Translations under genes and position numbers: made by a program
NCBI GenBank assembly: GCA_964420015.1
Contig: CAYQPO010000003.1
Location: 1 to 63,607, forward strand
DNA from: an uncultured Candidatus Saccharibacteria bacterium
Lineage (GTDB): Bacteria > Patescibacteriota > Minisyncoccia > Phycocordibacterales > SBAW01
DNA length: 63,607 nt
Reading direction: 5' to 3'
Shown here: positions 28,840 to 37,465 of the stretch, in pieces
How the letters are laid out: each line of letters begins with the position of its first letter
Position numbering within the stretch: the first letter of the stretch is position 1
Notes under the pieces: model-generated
Database searches by the model: none
Seen by the model: only the letters and a program-made list of their open reading frames with translations
Told to the model about the DNA's origin: nothing

Positions 28840-30024
28840 CTATTTAATCTTCGGGCGGCGCAAGAAGCTTGGTACCGCGCCCCACTCATCTTCCTCTTCC
28901 TCAGCGGGCTTCGGCATTGCCACTTTAACCGGCTCAGCAGCTTTTTCCTCTTTTTCTTTAGAACTCTCCTTGGCGGGGGAATTAAAGATCTTACCCACCA
29001 GCGGCATCTCGTCTTCTTTCTTAGTATCGCGGAAGCCAAACAGTGGCGTCCCCCGCGGCGCAATGCCAGCGGCGGGGAAACCGGTTGCAATCACGGTCAG
29101 GCGCACCTCACCTTTTTTGAGTTTCTCGTCGCGTACCGCGCCGAAGATGATTTTGGCGTTCGGGTCGACCGACTCGGTGATAATTTTGGCTGCCTCGTGC
29201 ACCTCGAGCATGCCGAGGTCGTCCTGGCCAGCAATTGCAAACAAAACGCCCTTGGCACCATTAATCGAGAGCTCAAGTAGGGGAGATGAGACGGCTGCTT
29301 TGGCCGCAACCGCAGCGCGGTTTTCACCGCTCGCAATGCCGATGCCCATAAGTGCACTCCCCGCGTTCTCCATGACGGCGCGGATGTCGGCAAAGTCGAC
29401 GTTGATGATGCCGGGGTGGGTAATAAGGTCTGAGATGCCCTCGACCGCCTGTTTGAGCACATCATCGCACATGGCGAAGGCGTGTTTGAGTGTGGTGTCT
29501 TTTTGGACGGTGGCCAAGAGGCGGTCGTTGGGGATCACGATGAGCGCGTCTACCTCTTTGCGCAGCTCCTCTAGGCCCACTTCGGCCAGGCGCATGCGCT
29601 GTGCGCCCTCAAAAGAGAAGGGCTTGGTCACGACACCCACGGTGAGCGCGCCCATTTCCTTAGCGGTGCGCGCCACCACCGGTGCTGCACCGGTCCCTGT
29701 GCCGCCGCCCATGCCGCAGGCGACAAACACCATGTCGGAGCCCTTCATTGCCTGTTGAATTTCTTCCTTCGTCTCTTCTGAGGCACGCTTGCCGATCTCT
29801 GGGTTCATGCCTGCACCCAACCCGCGCGTGAGATTTTTACCAATATGGATCTTCTTTTTTGCTTGCGAGTGATGGAGATCCTGCGCGTCGGTGTTGATGG
29901 TGACAAAATCGACACCGCGCACCTTCTCTTCGACCATGTGATTAATGGCATTCTTACCCGATCCGCCCACGCCCACGACTCGGATCCGTGCAAACGCTTC
30001 TACCTCGGGCTGTACTTGCGGCAT
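28840..30024 (-). CDS. ftsZ: Cell division protein FtsZ
   Basis: GGGTGTG tubulin signature, INVDFAD, C-terminal VPSFLRR. Confidence 0.98.
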   Translation of the reverse strand: MPQVQPEVEAFARIRVVGVGGSGKNAINHMVEEKVRGVDFVTINTDAQDLHHSQAKKKIHIGKNLTRGLGAGMNPEIGKRASEETKEEIQQAMKGSDMVFVACGMGGGTGTGAAPVVARTAKEMGALTVGVVTKPFSFEGAQRMRLAEVGLEELRKEVDALIVIPNDRLLATVQKDTTLKHAFAMCDDVLKQAVEGISDLITHPGIINVDFADIRAVMENAGSALMGIGIASGENRAAVAAKAAVSSPLLELSINGAKGVLFAIAGQDDLGMLEVHEAAKIITESVDPNAKIIFGAVRDEKLKKGEVRLTVIATGFPAAGIAPRGTPLFGFRDTKKEDEMPLVGKIFNSPAKESSKEKEEKAAEPVKVAMPKPAEEEEDEWGAVPSFLRRPKIK

Positions 30025-30124
30025 GTGAATAATTTTATGTTGCTAATTGCTCACGTAGTGTAAACCCCTATTTGCAGGCTTGGCAAGCTCGTGCAAATTC
30101 ACGCCGAGTCTTCGAGCTGCTTAT

Positions 30125-30162
30125 ACAAAAAAAGCCTGCTACTGCAGGCTTTTTCTCTTTTT
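30125..30162. terminator. Terminator between ftsA and ftsZ
   Basis: AAAAAAAGCCTGC-TACT-GCAGGCTTTTT. Confidence 0.7.
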
Positions 30163-30199
30163 CGCACAAACCCTTGATTTCTTATCCTTTTGTCTCCAA

Positions 30200-31375
30200 T
30201 TATGGCAAAAACTTTTTGAACCAACGCCAGAGTTTTGAAAAGAGCTCGCCAAACGAGCCCATCGCCTCGCCTTCGAGCGCTTCACCCTCGCTAAAACCCC
30301 ACACCGTGAGCCCATAGGCGACCGCCCAGCTCGAGTCGCGCAGCTGCATGCGCTGCGGGCCCTCCGCGAGTGCTGCCGAGCGTGACGGGAGCTTCAATGC
30401 AGCTTTAGCTATCTCGGGCATCGAGGAGAGCGCCGAGCCGCCACCGGTCAAAATAATCCCCGCGGGCAAGAGCTCGTTCTTGCCTATTCTTTTCAAATGT
30501 CCCTCGACTAACTTAAACATATCCTGGGTGCGTCGTGTGACGATCTGCTCTATGGTGCGTTTGGGGTAGGGGGCCCCAAGTACGGCACCTTGTTTGAGTT
30601 GCTCGGCCTCCTCTGGCGAGATGCGCAAGCCCAAAGCGAGATCGTTGGTGATGTCGTTTGAACCAATGGGGAACACTTTTATAGAAATCGGCATGCCGTC
30701 TTCGAACACAATTATCGAGAGTGTCTCGGAGCCGATATTGGCAAGCACACAGCCCACGCGCTTTTGCATTTTAGAGAGCGCAATAAATGACGCGGCCAGT
30801 GGTGCGGCAACTATATCCTCGACCTCGAAGCCTGCCTCCTCGGTCGCGGTGACCAGGTCGTTTACGTGGCGCTCTAGGCAAGTAATAAACAGTGTCTCGA
30901 CGCCAACGCGGGCTCCACTCATCCCTACAGGGTTTTTGCCGAGCACTTTCATCCCGTCGAGCGTAAAGCGCAAAGGAATGGTGTGGATGATCTTGCGGTT
31001 TTGCTTGGCTGTTTGGGAGAGCGTCTCCTCGCTCACCTTGATGGCCCGCGGGATATCGCGTGTGCTCACCTGCGAGTCCCCGCGCTCCACCACGACCTCG
31101 CCGCGGGAAAAGCTCTCCTCGAGCCCAATACCCCCGACACCAAGGTAGACCTTTTTAACTTTGACGCGAGCGGCTTTGCTTGCTTGCAAAACCGCCGCGG
31201 CGATCGAGCGCGACACCTCGGGAATAGACACAATATAGCCTTGGCGCATGCCGCGCGATTCTGCATAGCCGGTACCCAAAATGCGAGGGAGCTGTCGTGG
31301 GTCCTCTGAGCTTTCAGCGATGACAACCTTAACGTGATACGTGCCTATGTCGACGCCGGTAACGATCGTGGCCAT
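30200..31375 (-). CDS. ftsA: Cell division protein FtsA
   Basis: GVDIGT, SRGMRQG.I, GSNDITNDLA..L..S..EAEQLK, ILTGGGS, AVAYGL. Confidence 0.95.
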   Translation of the reverse strand: MATIVTGVDIGTYHVKVVIAESSEDPRQLPRILGTGYAESRGMRQGYIVSIPEVSRSIAAAVLQASKAARVKVKKVYLGVGGIGLEESFSRGEVVVERGDSQVSTRDIPRAIKVSEETLSQTAKQNRKIIHTIPLRFTLDGMKVLGKNPVGMSGARVGVETLFITCLERHVNDLVTATEEAGFEVEDIVAAPLAASFIALSKMQKRVGCVLANIGSETLSIIVFEDGMPISIKVFPIGSNDITNDLALGLRISPEEAEQLKQGAVLGAPYPKRTIEQIVTRRTQDMFKLVEGHLKRIGKNELLPAGIILTGGGSALSSMPEIAKAALKLPSRSAALAEGPQRMQLRDSSWAVAYGLTVWGFSEGEALEGEAMGSFGELFSKLWRWFKKFLP

Positions 31376-31410
31376 TGAGGCCTATTGTAGCACTTGTGTA
31401 CAGCTTCGGG

Positions 31411-31445
31411 CACACAAAAAGCCGTTTATCCACGGCTTTTTTGTG
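31411..31445. terminator. Terminator downstream of rpsU
   Basis: CACAAAAAGCCGT-TTATCC-ACGGCTTTTTTGTG. Confidence 0.75.
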
Positions 31446-31457
31446 AGGTATCGATTG

Positions 31458-31706
31458 TTAGCGGCGGCCGCGTTTGGGCTTCTCCACCATCTTGCCGAGT
31501 TTGATGAGCTCAGTGATTTCGTCACGGCGCGCGATGCGCTTAAGGGCGCTCTTGCGAGTGACCGTTTTGGACTTAGGCCGACTAAAGTAACGCCCGGCGC
31601 GCACCTGCGGGATCACCTGGGCGCCCTGCACGCGCTTAGAAAAGCGGCGCAAGAGATTGAGTCCCGATTCGCCGTCGTTTTTGGTTACTTCTGCATTGGT
31701 TGCCAT
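31458..31706 (-). CDS. rpsU: 30S ribosomal protein bS21-like
   Basis: V...GES..LLRRF..RV......R...YF..PKS....R..AL pattern; start trimmed to MATNAEV. Confidence 0.8.
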   Translation of the reverse strand: MATNAEVTKNDGESGLNLLRRFSKRVQGAQVIPQVRAGRYFSRPKSKTVTRKSALKRIARRDEITELIKLGKMVEKPKRGRR

Positions 31707-31739
31707 AAGCCAGAAGAATATAGCATATATTCTTCTGGC

Positions 31740-31771
31740 AGCCAATAGCCACTAGCTTTTAGCCACTAGGG
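31740..31771. repeat. Heptamer array, left
   Basis: AGCCAA TAGCCAC TAGCTTT TAGCCAC TAGGG; TAGCCACTAG at 31746 and 31760. Confidence 0.8.
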
Positions 31772-32111
31772 AGGACAGCATCTTGTTTAGCATCCTCATA
31801 ACTTCGTCCAATAGTTTGTTGATTTGAGCATCTTGGCCGTTTTTGATAAATCCGAGGTTCTTGGCAATAAGCAAATGAGTTTCTAGTTCTGCTCCCGAAC
31901 CGAAAGCAATTCTTACGAATTGAGTATACTCGGCTCTGTGTTTGCGGGCGTATCCCTCTGCTAGATTTGCAGGGATCGAAACTGCCGCCCGCCGCATTTG
32001 GCTGGTGAGCCCAAACTGTTCGCTTTTAGGAAATTGCTCCGAGACTTTGTAAATCTCAGAAACAAGTTCCACGCCTTTCTGCCAGACGATTAAGTCTTTA
32101 TAAGATTGCAT
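31752..32111 (-). CDS. Four-helix-bundle protein (23S rRNA IVP / bAvd-like family)
   Basis: SYKDLIVWQK....V..IY.....FPK.E.FGLTSQMRRAAVSIPANLAEG...F..IAFGS..ELETHL. Confidence 0.93.
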   Translation of the reverse strand: MQSYKDLIVWQKGVELVSEIYKVSEQFPKSEQFGLTSQMRRAAVSIPANLAEGYARKHRAEYTQFVRIAFGSGAELETHLLIAKNLGFIKNGQDAQINKLLDEVMRMLNKMLSSLVAKS

Positions 32112-32115
32112 GCAA

Positions 32116-32442
32116 TTATTTTACGTCGTCTTTGCGCGCGTCCGTGGTTATCATCTCGCCCTTTAGAATCTTGCGTAGAGCGATGTCGCATTTGCGGTCT
32201 ATATCTTGGTAGGTATTAGGTGTGTCTGAATGATTTACATACCGTTCGGGTTCTGAGTAAAGATAGAGCGTTCCATGGTGAGAATGAACGAAATCCTTTT
32301 CGGTGCTTGGGAGACTCATGAAATCGTCTCTTGAGAGTCGACTCAGATTATAAGAAACAACCACGTCACCTTTTTTGAATTCTCTATCTGCGTAAACCCC
32401 CTTGTCATGCAACTTACCTTGGCCGATTACCACATTGTTCAT
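32116..32442 (-). CDS. SET-domain protein (putative lysine methyltransferase)
   Basis: KGVYA...FKKG, YVNHSDTPN, ALRKI.KGEMIT. Confidence 0.85.
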   Translation of the reverse strand: MNNVVIGQGKLHDKGVYADREFKKGDVVVSYNLSRLSRDDFMSLPSTEKDFVHSHHGTLYLYSEPERYVNHSDTPNTYQDIDRKCDIALRKILKGEMITTDARKDDVK

Positions 32443-32443
32443 A

Positions 32444-32470
32444 CCCTAGTGGCTATTGGCTAGTGGCTAA
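32444..32470. repeat. Heptamer array, right (inverted relative to the left array)
   Basis: CCC TAGTGGC TATTGGC TAGTGGC TAA; CTAGTGGCTA at 32446 and 32460. Confidence 0.8.
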
Positions 32471-32473
32471 CTA

Positions 32474-33649
32474 CTACTTAAGATTCTTTAAAAAGCGAGG
32501 GAGTTCGAGGAGCGGCACAATGTGTTGGGAGTTGTCGTCGGTGGCGCGGATGAGCACGGTGCGGTCGAGCGCTTCGCGTTCGCCCATGATGATCAAATGC
32601 GAAACGCCCGCCTCACGCGCTTGAGAAAGTTGATGCGAAAGACGCGAGGAGTCAAACGATTGCAACACTGGCACGCGTGCGCGACGCAGTGCATCGGCAA
32701 CCAAGAGGCCTTCGAGTTTGGCGCGTACCCCCAGCTGGATAAAGTAGACCGAGGGGCTGCGGCTTGAGATTTGAAAGTTGAAGTGCGACGGCGTGAGCCC
32801 TTTTTTGCGAAAGTAGATGCTCGCGGCAACGCCGCCCTGCTCTTTGCGTGGGTTAAGGCGGCGCAAAAAGTCGTCGTAGCGCCCGCCCCATGCGCCTATG
32901 ATGGTGGGGTCTTGGTGTTCAAGGTCGAAGGAGACCATCACGCGTTGCTCGCGCTCATCGCCCAAAAGCAGGTCGTCAAACTCATAGGGCAGGGAGACCT
33001 TGTCGAGGTGCTCGAGCACCTCCTTAAAGTGCGCGCGACTTTTTTCGCTCAAAAACGACATCGGCCGCGGGCCACTCTCGACTACCCCGCGACAGAGCTC
33101 GGTCTCACAAAAGTAGGGGGCCAGGGGCTCGTGCGTAATCTTGTTACGACATTCTTCGCCCAATTGTTGGGCGTGTTTGCGCACGTAGGCGGCCACCTCA
33201 CGCTCGAAACGCACTTTAGAGTCTCTGTCGCCCAAGGCGTTGAGGCGCACGCGCAGGACGGGTGCCCCCCAGTCGGCCAAAATAGTTGCGATCGCTTTAA
33301 GCAATACTGCCTCGGCGGTCGCCTCGGAGACGCCCACAATTTGGAGAGTAAACTCTCCGACGCCGCCCACCACCGCTTGTCGCTCGAGCTCTTGGTCGAC
33401 TGCGGCATGCAGGTGCGATGGGTTGCTCGAGGCCCAGTAGGTGAGCACGGGTTCGGAGCCTTTGGTGGAGGCGGCCTGGACCGCGATCGTGCTCGCGCTC
33501 AAAAAGTTAGATACGCCCTTACTCCCTTTTTTGAGTTCGGGGGCAAGACTCTTCTCCACCTCGCGCAGCGGCTTGAAGCCGTAAGAGGCAGCAACCTCGC
33601 CAGCGTGTTTAAGAAACGATGCAGGGGCAAGACGCGACGGTTGGCTCAT
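32474..33649 (-). CDS. Degenerate histidyl-tRNA synthetase paralogue (HisZ-like) with anticodon-binding domain
   Basis: A..YGF, GGRYDDF, C-terminal QL..A...GV....I.GERE. The class II motif 2 (RxERPQxGR) is not recognisable. Confidence 0.75.
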   Translation of the reverse strand: MSQPSRLAPASFLKHAGEVAASYGFKPLREVEKSLAPELKKGSKGVSNFLSASTIAVQAASTKGSEPVLTYWASSNPSHLHAAVDQELERQAVVGGVGEFTLQIVGVSEATAEAVLLKAIATILADWGAPVLRVRLNALGDRDSKVRFEREVAAYVRKHAQQLGEECRNKITHEPLAPYFCETELCRGVVESGPRPMSFLSEKSRAHFKEVLEHLDKVSLPYEFDDLLLGDEREQRVMVSFDLEHQDPTIIGAWGGRYDDFLRRLNPRKEQGGVAASIYFRKKGLTPSHFNFQISSRSPSVYFIQLGVRAKLEGLLVADALRRARVPVLQSFDSSRLSHQLSQAREAGVSHLIIMGEREALDRTVLIRATDDNSQHIVPLLELPRFLKNLK

Positions 33650-33650
33650 A

Positions 33651-34217
33651 TTAGTTTTGCGGGTTTGTCGCACCAGGGAAGAGGCCGAGTTTGTTTACAG
33701 GAAGCAGACGCATAATCGCGCGGCCGATGATGTTTTGTTTCGGCAAAAGGCCCCAGATACGCGAGTCGGAGCTCTCAGGACGATTGTCGCCGAGCACAAA
33801 GTACTCGTCGCTTGCAATGGTGTAGGAGGCGTCTTGCCCGTTGCCTTGGTTTTGTACATAGGGCTCCGAGAGCGCGATCATTTTGCCACCAATTTCGGTG
33901 ATGGAGAGCGCACCATTTTTAATCGTGACGGTCTCACCCGGTAGGCCAATGATGCGCTTGATGTAGAACTCCTTCGGATCTTTAGGATAGCGGAAGATAA
34001 TCACGTCGCCGCGCTCAGGCGCTACAAACCGGTAGGTCAGCTCGTCGACAATGAGGTATTGACCGTTTAAAAAGGTCGGATTCATCGACGCACCGGAGAC
34101 GATGAAAGGCTGCGCTACAAAAAACCTGATCGGGATAACGATCACGGCGGCCACGACGACAAATTTGAGCAACTCGGTGAAAAAATTTTCGGTTTTCTCA
34201 CTGAGCTCCGAAGGCAT
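33651..34217 (-). CDS. lepB: Signal peptidase I
   Basis: SGASMNPT (Ser), YIKRIIGLPGE (Lys), GDNR..S.DSR. Confidence 0.96.
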   Translation of the reverse strand: MPSELSEKTENFFTELLKFVVVAAVIVIPIRFFVAQPFIVSGASMNPTFLNGQYLIVDELTYRFVAPERGDVIIFRYPKDPKEFYIKRIIGLPGETVTIKNGALSITEIGGKMIALSEPYVQNQGNGQDASYTIASDEYFVLGDNRPESSDSRIWGLLPKQNIIGRAIMRLLPVNKLGLFPGATNPQN

Positions 34218-34252
34218 GCAAGCATTGTATGCTCTCTGCTATAGTAGTCAAT

Positions 34253-34774
34253 ATGAAATGGACCGTCGTCGGACTCGGCAATCCAACTAAAGAGTACGCA
34301 AGTACCCGCCATAACATCGGCAAGACCATCGTAGAGGCGCTGGAAGAGAAATTGCCTGCAAGTGCCGAGGTCGTTGGCCTTGATGTTTACATGAACAACT
34401 CTGGCCCGGCTATCAAAAAAGCGATAGGAAGCGCAAAAAACCTCGTGGTGGTGCACGACGAGCTCGATTTGCCCTTGGGCAAGGTTAAAATCTCGTTTGG
34501 CTCGAGCGCGGGTGGGCACAATGGGGTAAAATCGATCGAAAAAGCACTCAAAACGCGCGACTACGTACGCGTGCGCGTGGGAATTAGCCCTTCGACAAGC
34601 TCAGGGCGCCTTCGCAGACCCGAAGGCGAGAAACTGGCCGACTTTGTGCTCGGCAAATTTAAACCCACAGAGCAAGAGAAGCTCAAAAAAGTAAAAAGGA
34701 TAGTCCAAGAAGCACTCGAGCTGATTGTGGAGGAAGGCCGCGAGCGCGCGCAAACCGAAATCAACGCACGATAG
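34253..34774 (+). CDS. pth: Peptidyl-tRNA hydrolase
   Basis: VVGLGNP...Y..TRHNIG, YMNNSG, VVHDELDL, GGHNGVKSI. Confidence 0.95.
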   Translation: MKWTVVGLGNPTKEYASTRHNIGKTIVEALEEKLPASAEVVGLDVYMNNSGPAIKKAIGSAKNLVVVHDELDLPLGKVKISFGSSAGGHNGVKSIEKALKTRDYVRVRVGISPSTSSGRLRRPEGEKLADFVLGKFKPTEQEKLKKVKRIVQEALELIVEEGRERAQTEINAR

Positions 34775-34802
34775 AGCGCAAACTTATTTATTGAACGCGC
34801 CA

Positions 34803-35891
34803 CTATTTATTAAAAGACAGGGCCATGCGCATCTCAGCTGCATCAAACAGTGAGATGGTAAAGCTGTAGCGCTTGCCGAGCTCCAGAGCCTGGCGGAGTT
34901 TCTCTTCGGAACCAAACTCCGAGACATGTACCAACCCCGCGATGCCCTCCTCGATCGAGGCCAGTGCGCCGTGCTTGTTGAACTTGATCACCACACCCTC
35001 GACCTTGTCGCCTTTTTTGTATTTGTCTGCAGCGACTTGCCAAGGATTATCTTTGAGCGCTTTGACCGAGAGGCTAATCTTGCCATCTTTTATGTCGATG
35101 ATCTTTACACGCACTTGGTCGCCGACTTTAAAGAAGTGGCGCGGGTCGTCAACGAGACCCCAGTCGATTTCGGAGATGTGCACCAAGCCCTCGAGGCCCT
35201 CTTCGAGCTTCACAAATACGCCGAAGTCGACCATACCAGTGATCTCGCCCTCGACCGCTTCGCCCACAACGTAGTTCTGCAAAAGCTGCTTCTTTTCCTT
35301 ATCTTCGATACCCTTTTCGCTAAAAATAAGTTTGCCTTCTTTGGGTTGTACGCCGATGATCGAGACGGTGAGTTTGATGCCCACGAGTTTGCGCAGCTCG
35401 TCAAGAATTTTGTCTTTGTCACCGTCTACCACGCGCGGGTAGTGCTCGGCTTTGAGCTGCGAAGCGGGGAGAAAGCCGCTGAGGCCCTGCCAGTCCACTA
35501 TTAGGCCACCCTTGTTCGCCTCAGAAACGGCGAGCTCAAAGAGCTGCTTGTTTTTAAGCGCCTCTTCGGCCTGTGCCCAGAGCACCGCTTGGCGCGCCTC
35601 TTTGAGCGAGAGCTCGATGTAACCGTCTTTGGTGTTGACCGCAATGACCTTGGCAGCAACCCGGTCGCCCACGTTAGTGCGCTTGATCACCTCGCGCGCG
35701 TTCATGTACTCGCGACCGTAGATCACCCCCGTGCCAAAGGGTGGGAGGTCGATGTAGAGGCGCGCGCGGTCGAGCGAGAGCACGTTGCCTTCGACGATGT
35801 CACCCTCTTTGGGTGGCTCCTGCGTGCGCTCAAAAAGCGCCTGCATAACAGGATTGAGCACGCCCTCCTCTCTGAGATCTTTTGTTTCCAT
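34803..35891 (-). CDS. rpsA: 30S ribosomal protein S1 (four S1 domains)
   Basis: Repeated S1 motifs: GFLPASQL, FGVFV.L..G.EGLVHISE, GLVHVSE. Confidence 0.93.
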   Translation of the reverse strand: METKDLREEGVLNPVMQALFERTQEPPKEGDIVEGNVLSLDRARLYIDLPPFGTGVIYGREYMNAREVIKRTNVGDRVAAKVIAVNTKDGYIELSLKEARQAVLWAQAEEALKNKQLFELAVSEANKGGLIVDWQGLSGFLPASQLKAEHYPRVVDGDKDKILDELRKLVGIKLTVSIIGVQPKEGKLIFSEKGIEDKEKKQLLQNYVVGEAVEGEITGMVDFGVFVKLEEGLEGLVHISEIDWGLVDDPRHFFKVGDQVRVKIIDIKDGKISLSVKALKDNPWQVAADKYKKGDKVEGVVIKFNKHGALASIEEGIAGLVHVSEFGSEEKLRQALELGKRYSFTISLFDAAEMRMALSFNK

Positions 35892-36002
35892 ATATTCGGC
35901 TGTTAGTCGGGGCCCTTTTTACAAAGGATGACTCCCGAGCTACTTAATAAAGGTAGAAAACCTTTATGGGAGGACTATAGCAAGATCGGAGAAATTAGGC
36001 AA

Positions 36003-36086
36003 GAAAAAAGCCCCGCATTCGCGCGGGGCTCAAGTTTGCGTCCCAACCGGTCGGCTTGGCGTGAACAGGGGCGAACCGGTTGTGCC
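36003..36086 (-). ncRNA. Candidate small non-coding RNA
   Basis: Extended -10 TGCTACAAT (36092-36100); hairpin CAACCGGT..ACCGGTTG; terminator AGCCCCGC..GCGGGGCTTTTTT; no start codon inside. Confidence 0.4.
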
Positions 36087-36102
36087 TATCTATTGTAGCA
36101 CA

Positions 36103-36150
36103 AAAATAAAAACCCACCGGGCTGCAGCTTGCGTGCAGCACTCGGCGGGT
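36103..36150 (-). terminator. Long-stem intrinsic terminator
   Basis: Minus strand ACCCGCCG-AGT-GCTGCA-CGCAAGC-TGCAGC-C-CGGTGGGT-TTTTATTTTT. Confidence 0.75.
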
Positions 36151-36173
36151 CGGCCCTCCCGGGGGCATTTTGT

Positions 36174-36374
36174 TCAGTTGAGCGATGCGTGCGGGTAGTC
36201 CCGCTTTGCGAGCCAATCACTCGGCTCGTTTTGGGCACCTTTTGATGGTGCTCTATCGGCCAATTGGGCCGTAGAAGCCAGTTCGACTGGCTTCTCTCGC
36301 GGTTTGGCGGCGTTGTTGCTTCCACCATGCCGCTGCATAACCTGGGCAATCCCAGGCTCGAACGGTCCACTCAT
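36174..36374 (-). CDS. Small hydrophilic orphan protein (66 aa)
   Basis: GAGGAG SD before the ATG at 36374; TTGACA-N17-TACCCT promoter (36454-36482); terminator downstream. Confidence 0.6.
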   Translation of the reverse strand: MSGPFEPGIAQVMQRHGGSNNAAKPREKPVELASTAQLADRAPSKGAQNEPSDWLAKRDYPHASLN

Positions 36375-36539
36375 CTTGTTGGTCTCCTCAAGAACTTCTC
36401 CCGACAGTAAAACGCCCCCTAGTAGGGCGTCTCGAACCACCGAGCGTGAGCACAGGGTAGCAGGGTGTGTCTGAGTTGTCAATGAATTTGGAGGGCAAGA
36501 GCTATGGAATTCTGAGCCAAATTTTGCTATAATTTGGGC

Positions 36540-37160
36540 ATGGTAATCAGCTACGCGGGGGGTGAATGCTTCAAGGTGTCCCAAGGAGATTTGGCCCTTT
36601 CTTTCAACCCGCCGGGCAAAGGCTCTGAACTTGCCTCAGCTAAATTCGGCGCCGACATTGCGCTTATTTCGCTTAACCACAAAGACTTCAACGGGGTAGA
36701 AAATGCCAGCTTTGGCGAGCGCCAGCCGTTTGTAATCGAGGGCCCTGGCGAGTATGAGGTCAAAGGCGTACGTGTGGCTGGTTTCGGCGCGCCGACCGAG
36801 TATGGCGGCAAGCAGACGATCAATACCATATATAGCGTCACGCTCGAGGGCATGACGCTCGCCTACATGGGGGCACTCGGTTCAGGCGAGCTGCCGGGAG
36901 CGGCCAAGCAAGCGCTCGACGACATCGACATTTTGTTTGTGCCGGTAGGGGGGCAGAGCACTATCGACCACGCGGCGGCCTACAAACTTGCAGTCCAGCT
37001 CGGGCCCAAGCTCGTGGTGCCGATGCACTACGACGACAAGAGCCTCAAGGCATTCTTAAAAGAGGCCGGTGCCGAAGGGGCAAAAAAAGAGGAGAAGCTC
37101 ACCTTGAAGAAAAAAGATCTCGAGGGCAAAGAGGCCGAGGTCGTGGTACTCTCTGCATAA
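36540..37160 (+). CDS. MBL-fold metallo-hydrolase (metal motif degenerate)
   Basis: GPGEYEVKGV, DILFVPVGG, VVPMHY. The HxHxDH position reads SLNHKDF. Confidence 0.82.
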   Translation: MVISYAGGECFKVSQGDLALSFNPPGKGSELASAKFGADIALISLNHKDFNGVENASFGERQPFVIEGPGEYEVKGVRVAGFGAPTEYGGKQTINTIYSVTLEGMTLAYMGALGSGELPGAAKQALDDIDILFVPVGGQSTIDHAAAYKLAVQLGPKLVVPMHYDDKSLKAFLKEAGAEGAKKEEKLTLKKKDLEGKEAEVVVLSA

Positions 37161-37166
37161 AATTCT

Positions 37167-37463
37167 ATGCGCAAATATATCGAGCACATAAAGAACACCC
37201 GCACCCCACACGAGCGCCGCATGCATGCGCTCCAAGTAGCAGGTGTGGTAACGGCGCTCGTGTTTGTGGTCTGGATCGGCACACTCGGCATCCGCTTGGC
37301 ACCCCAGGCTCCAGCGGTTGCAAGCGACGACAGCAATCAGACAGCAAACAGCGACCTGCCTGCGCAGGCAGGCCAGACCTCGCTTACTGCAACGGCGCTC
37401 CAGGCGCAGGCCAACCGCGCCGCACATCTGGAGGTTTCGACCACGAGCGTATACAGTAACTAA
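37167..37463 (+). CDS. Hypothetical single-TM protein
   Basis: 98 aa, basic N-terminus then a TM helix; tightly packed between genes. Confidence 0.7.
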   Translation: MRKYIEHIKNTRTPHERRMHALQVAGVVTALVFVVWIGTLGIRLAPQAPAVASDDSNQTANSDLPAQAGQTSLTATALQAQANRAAHLEVSTTSVYSN

Positions 37464-37465
37464 CC

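Noticed and set aside
27193-29758. Long antisense ORFs (27193-27711, 28081-28797, 28550-29758) and similar shadows of valS, ClpB, hisS-like and parB
   Set aside because: These are typical reverse-frame ORFs of GC-rich genes with no recognisable motifs.
31752-32111. bAvd-like gene as part of a diversity-generating retroelement
   Set aside because: No reverse transcriptase and no template/variable repeat pair differing at adenines was seen in the window.
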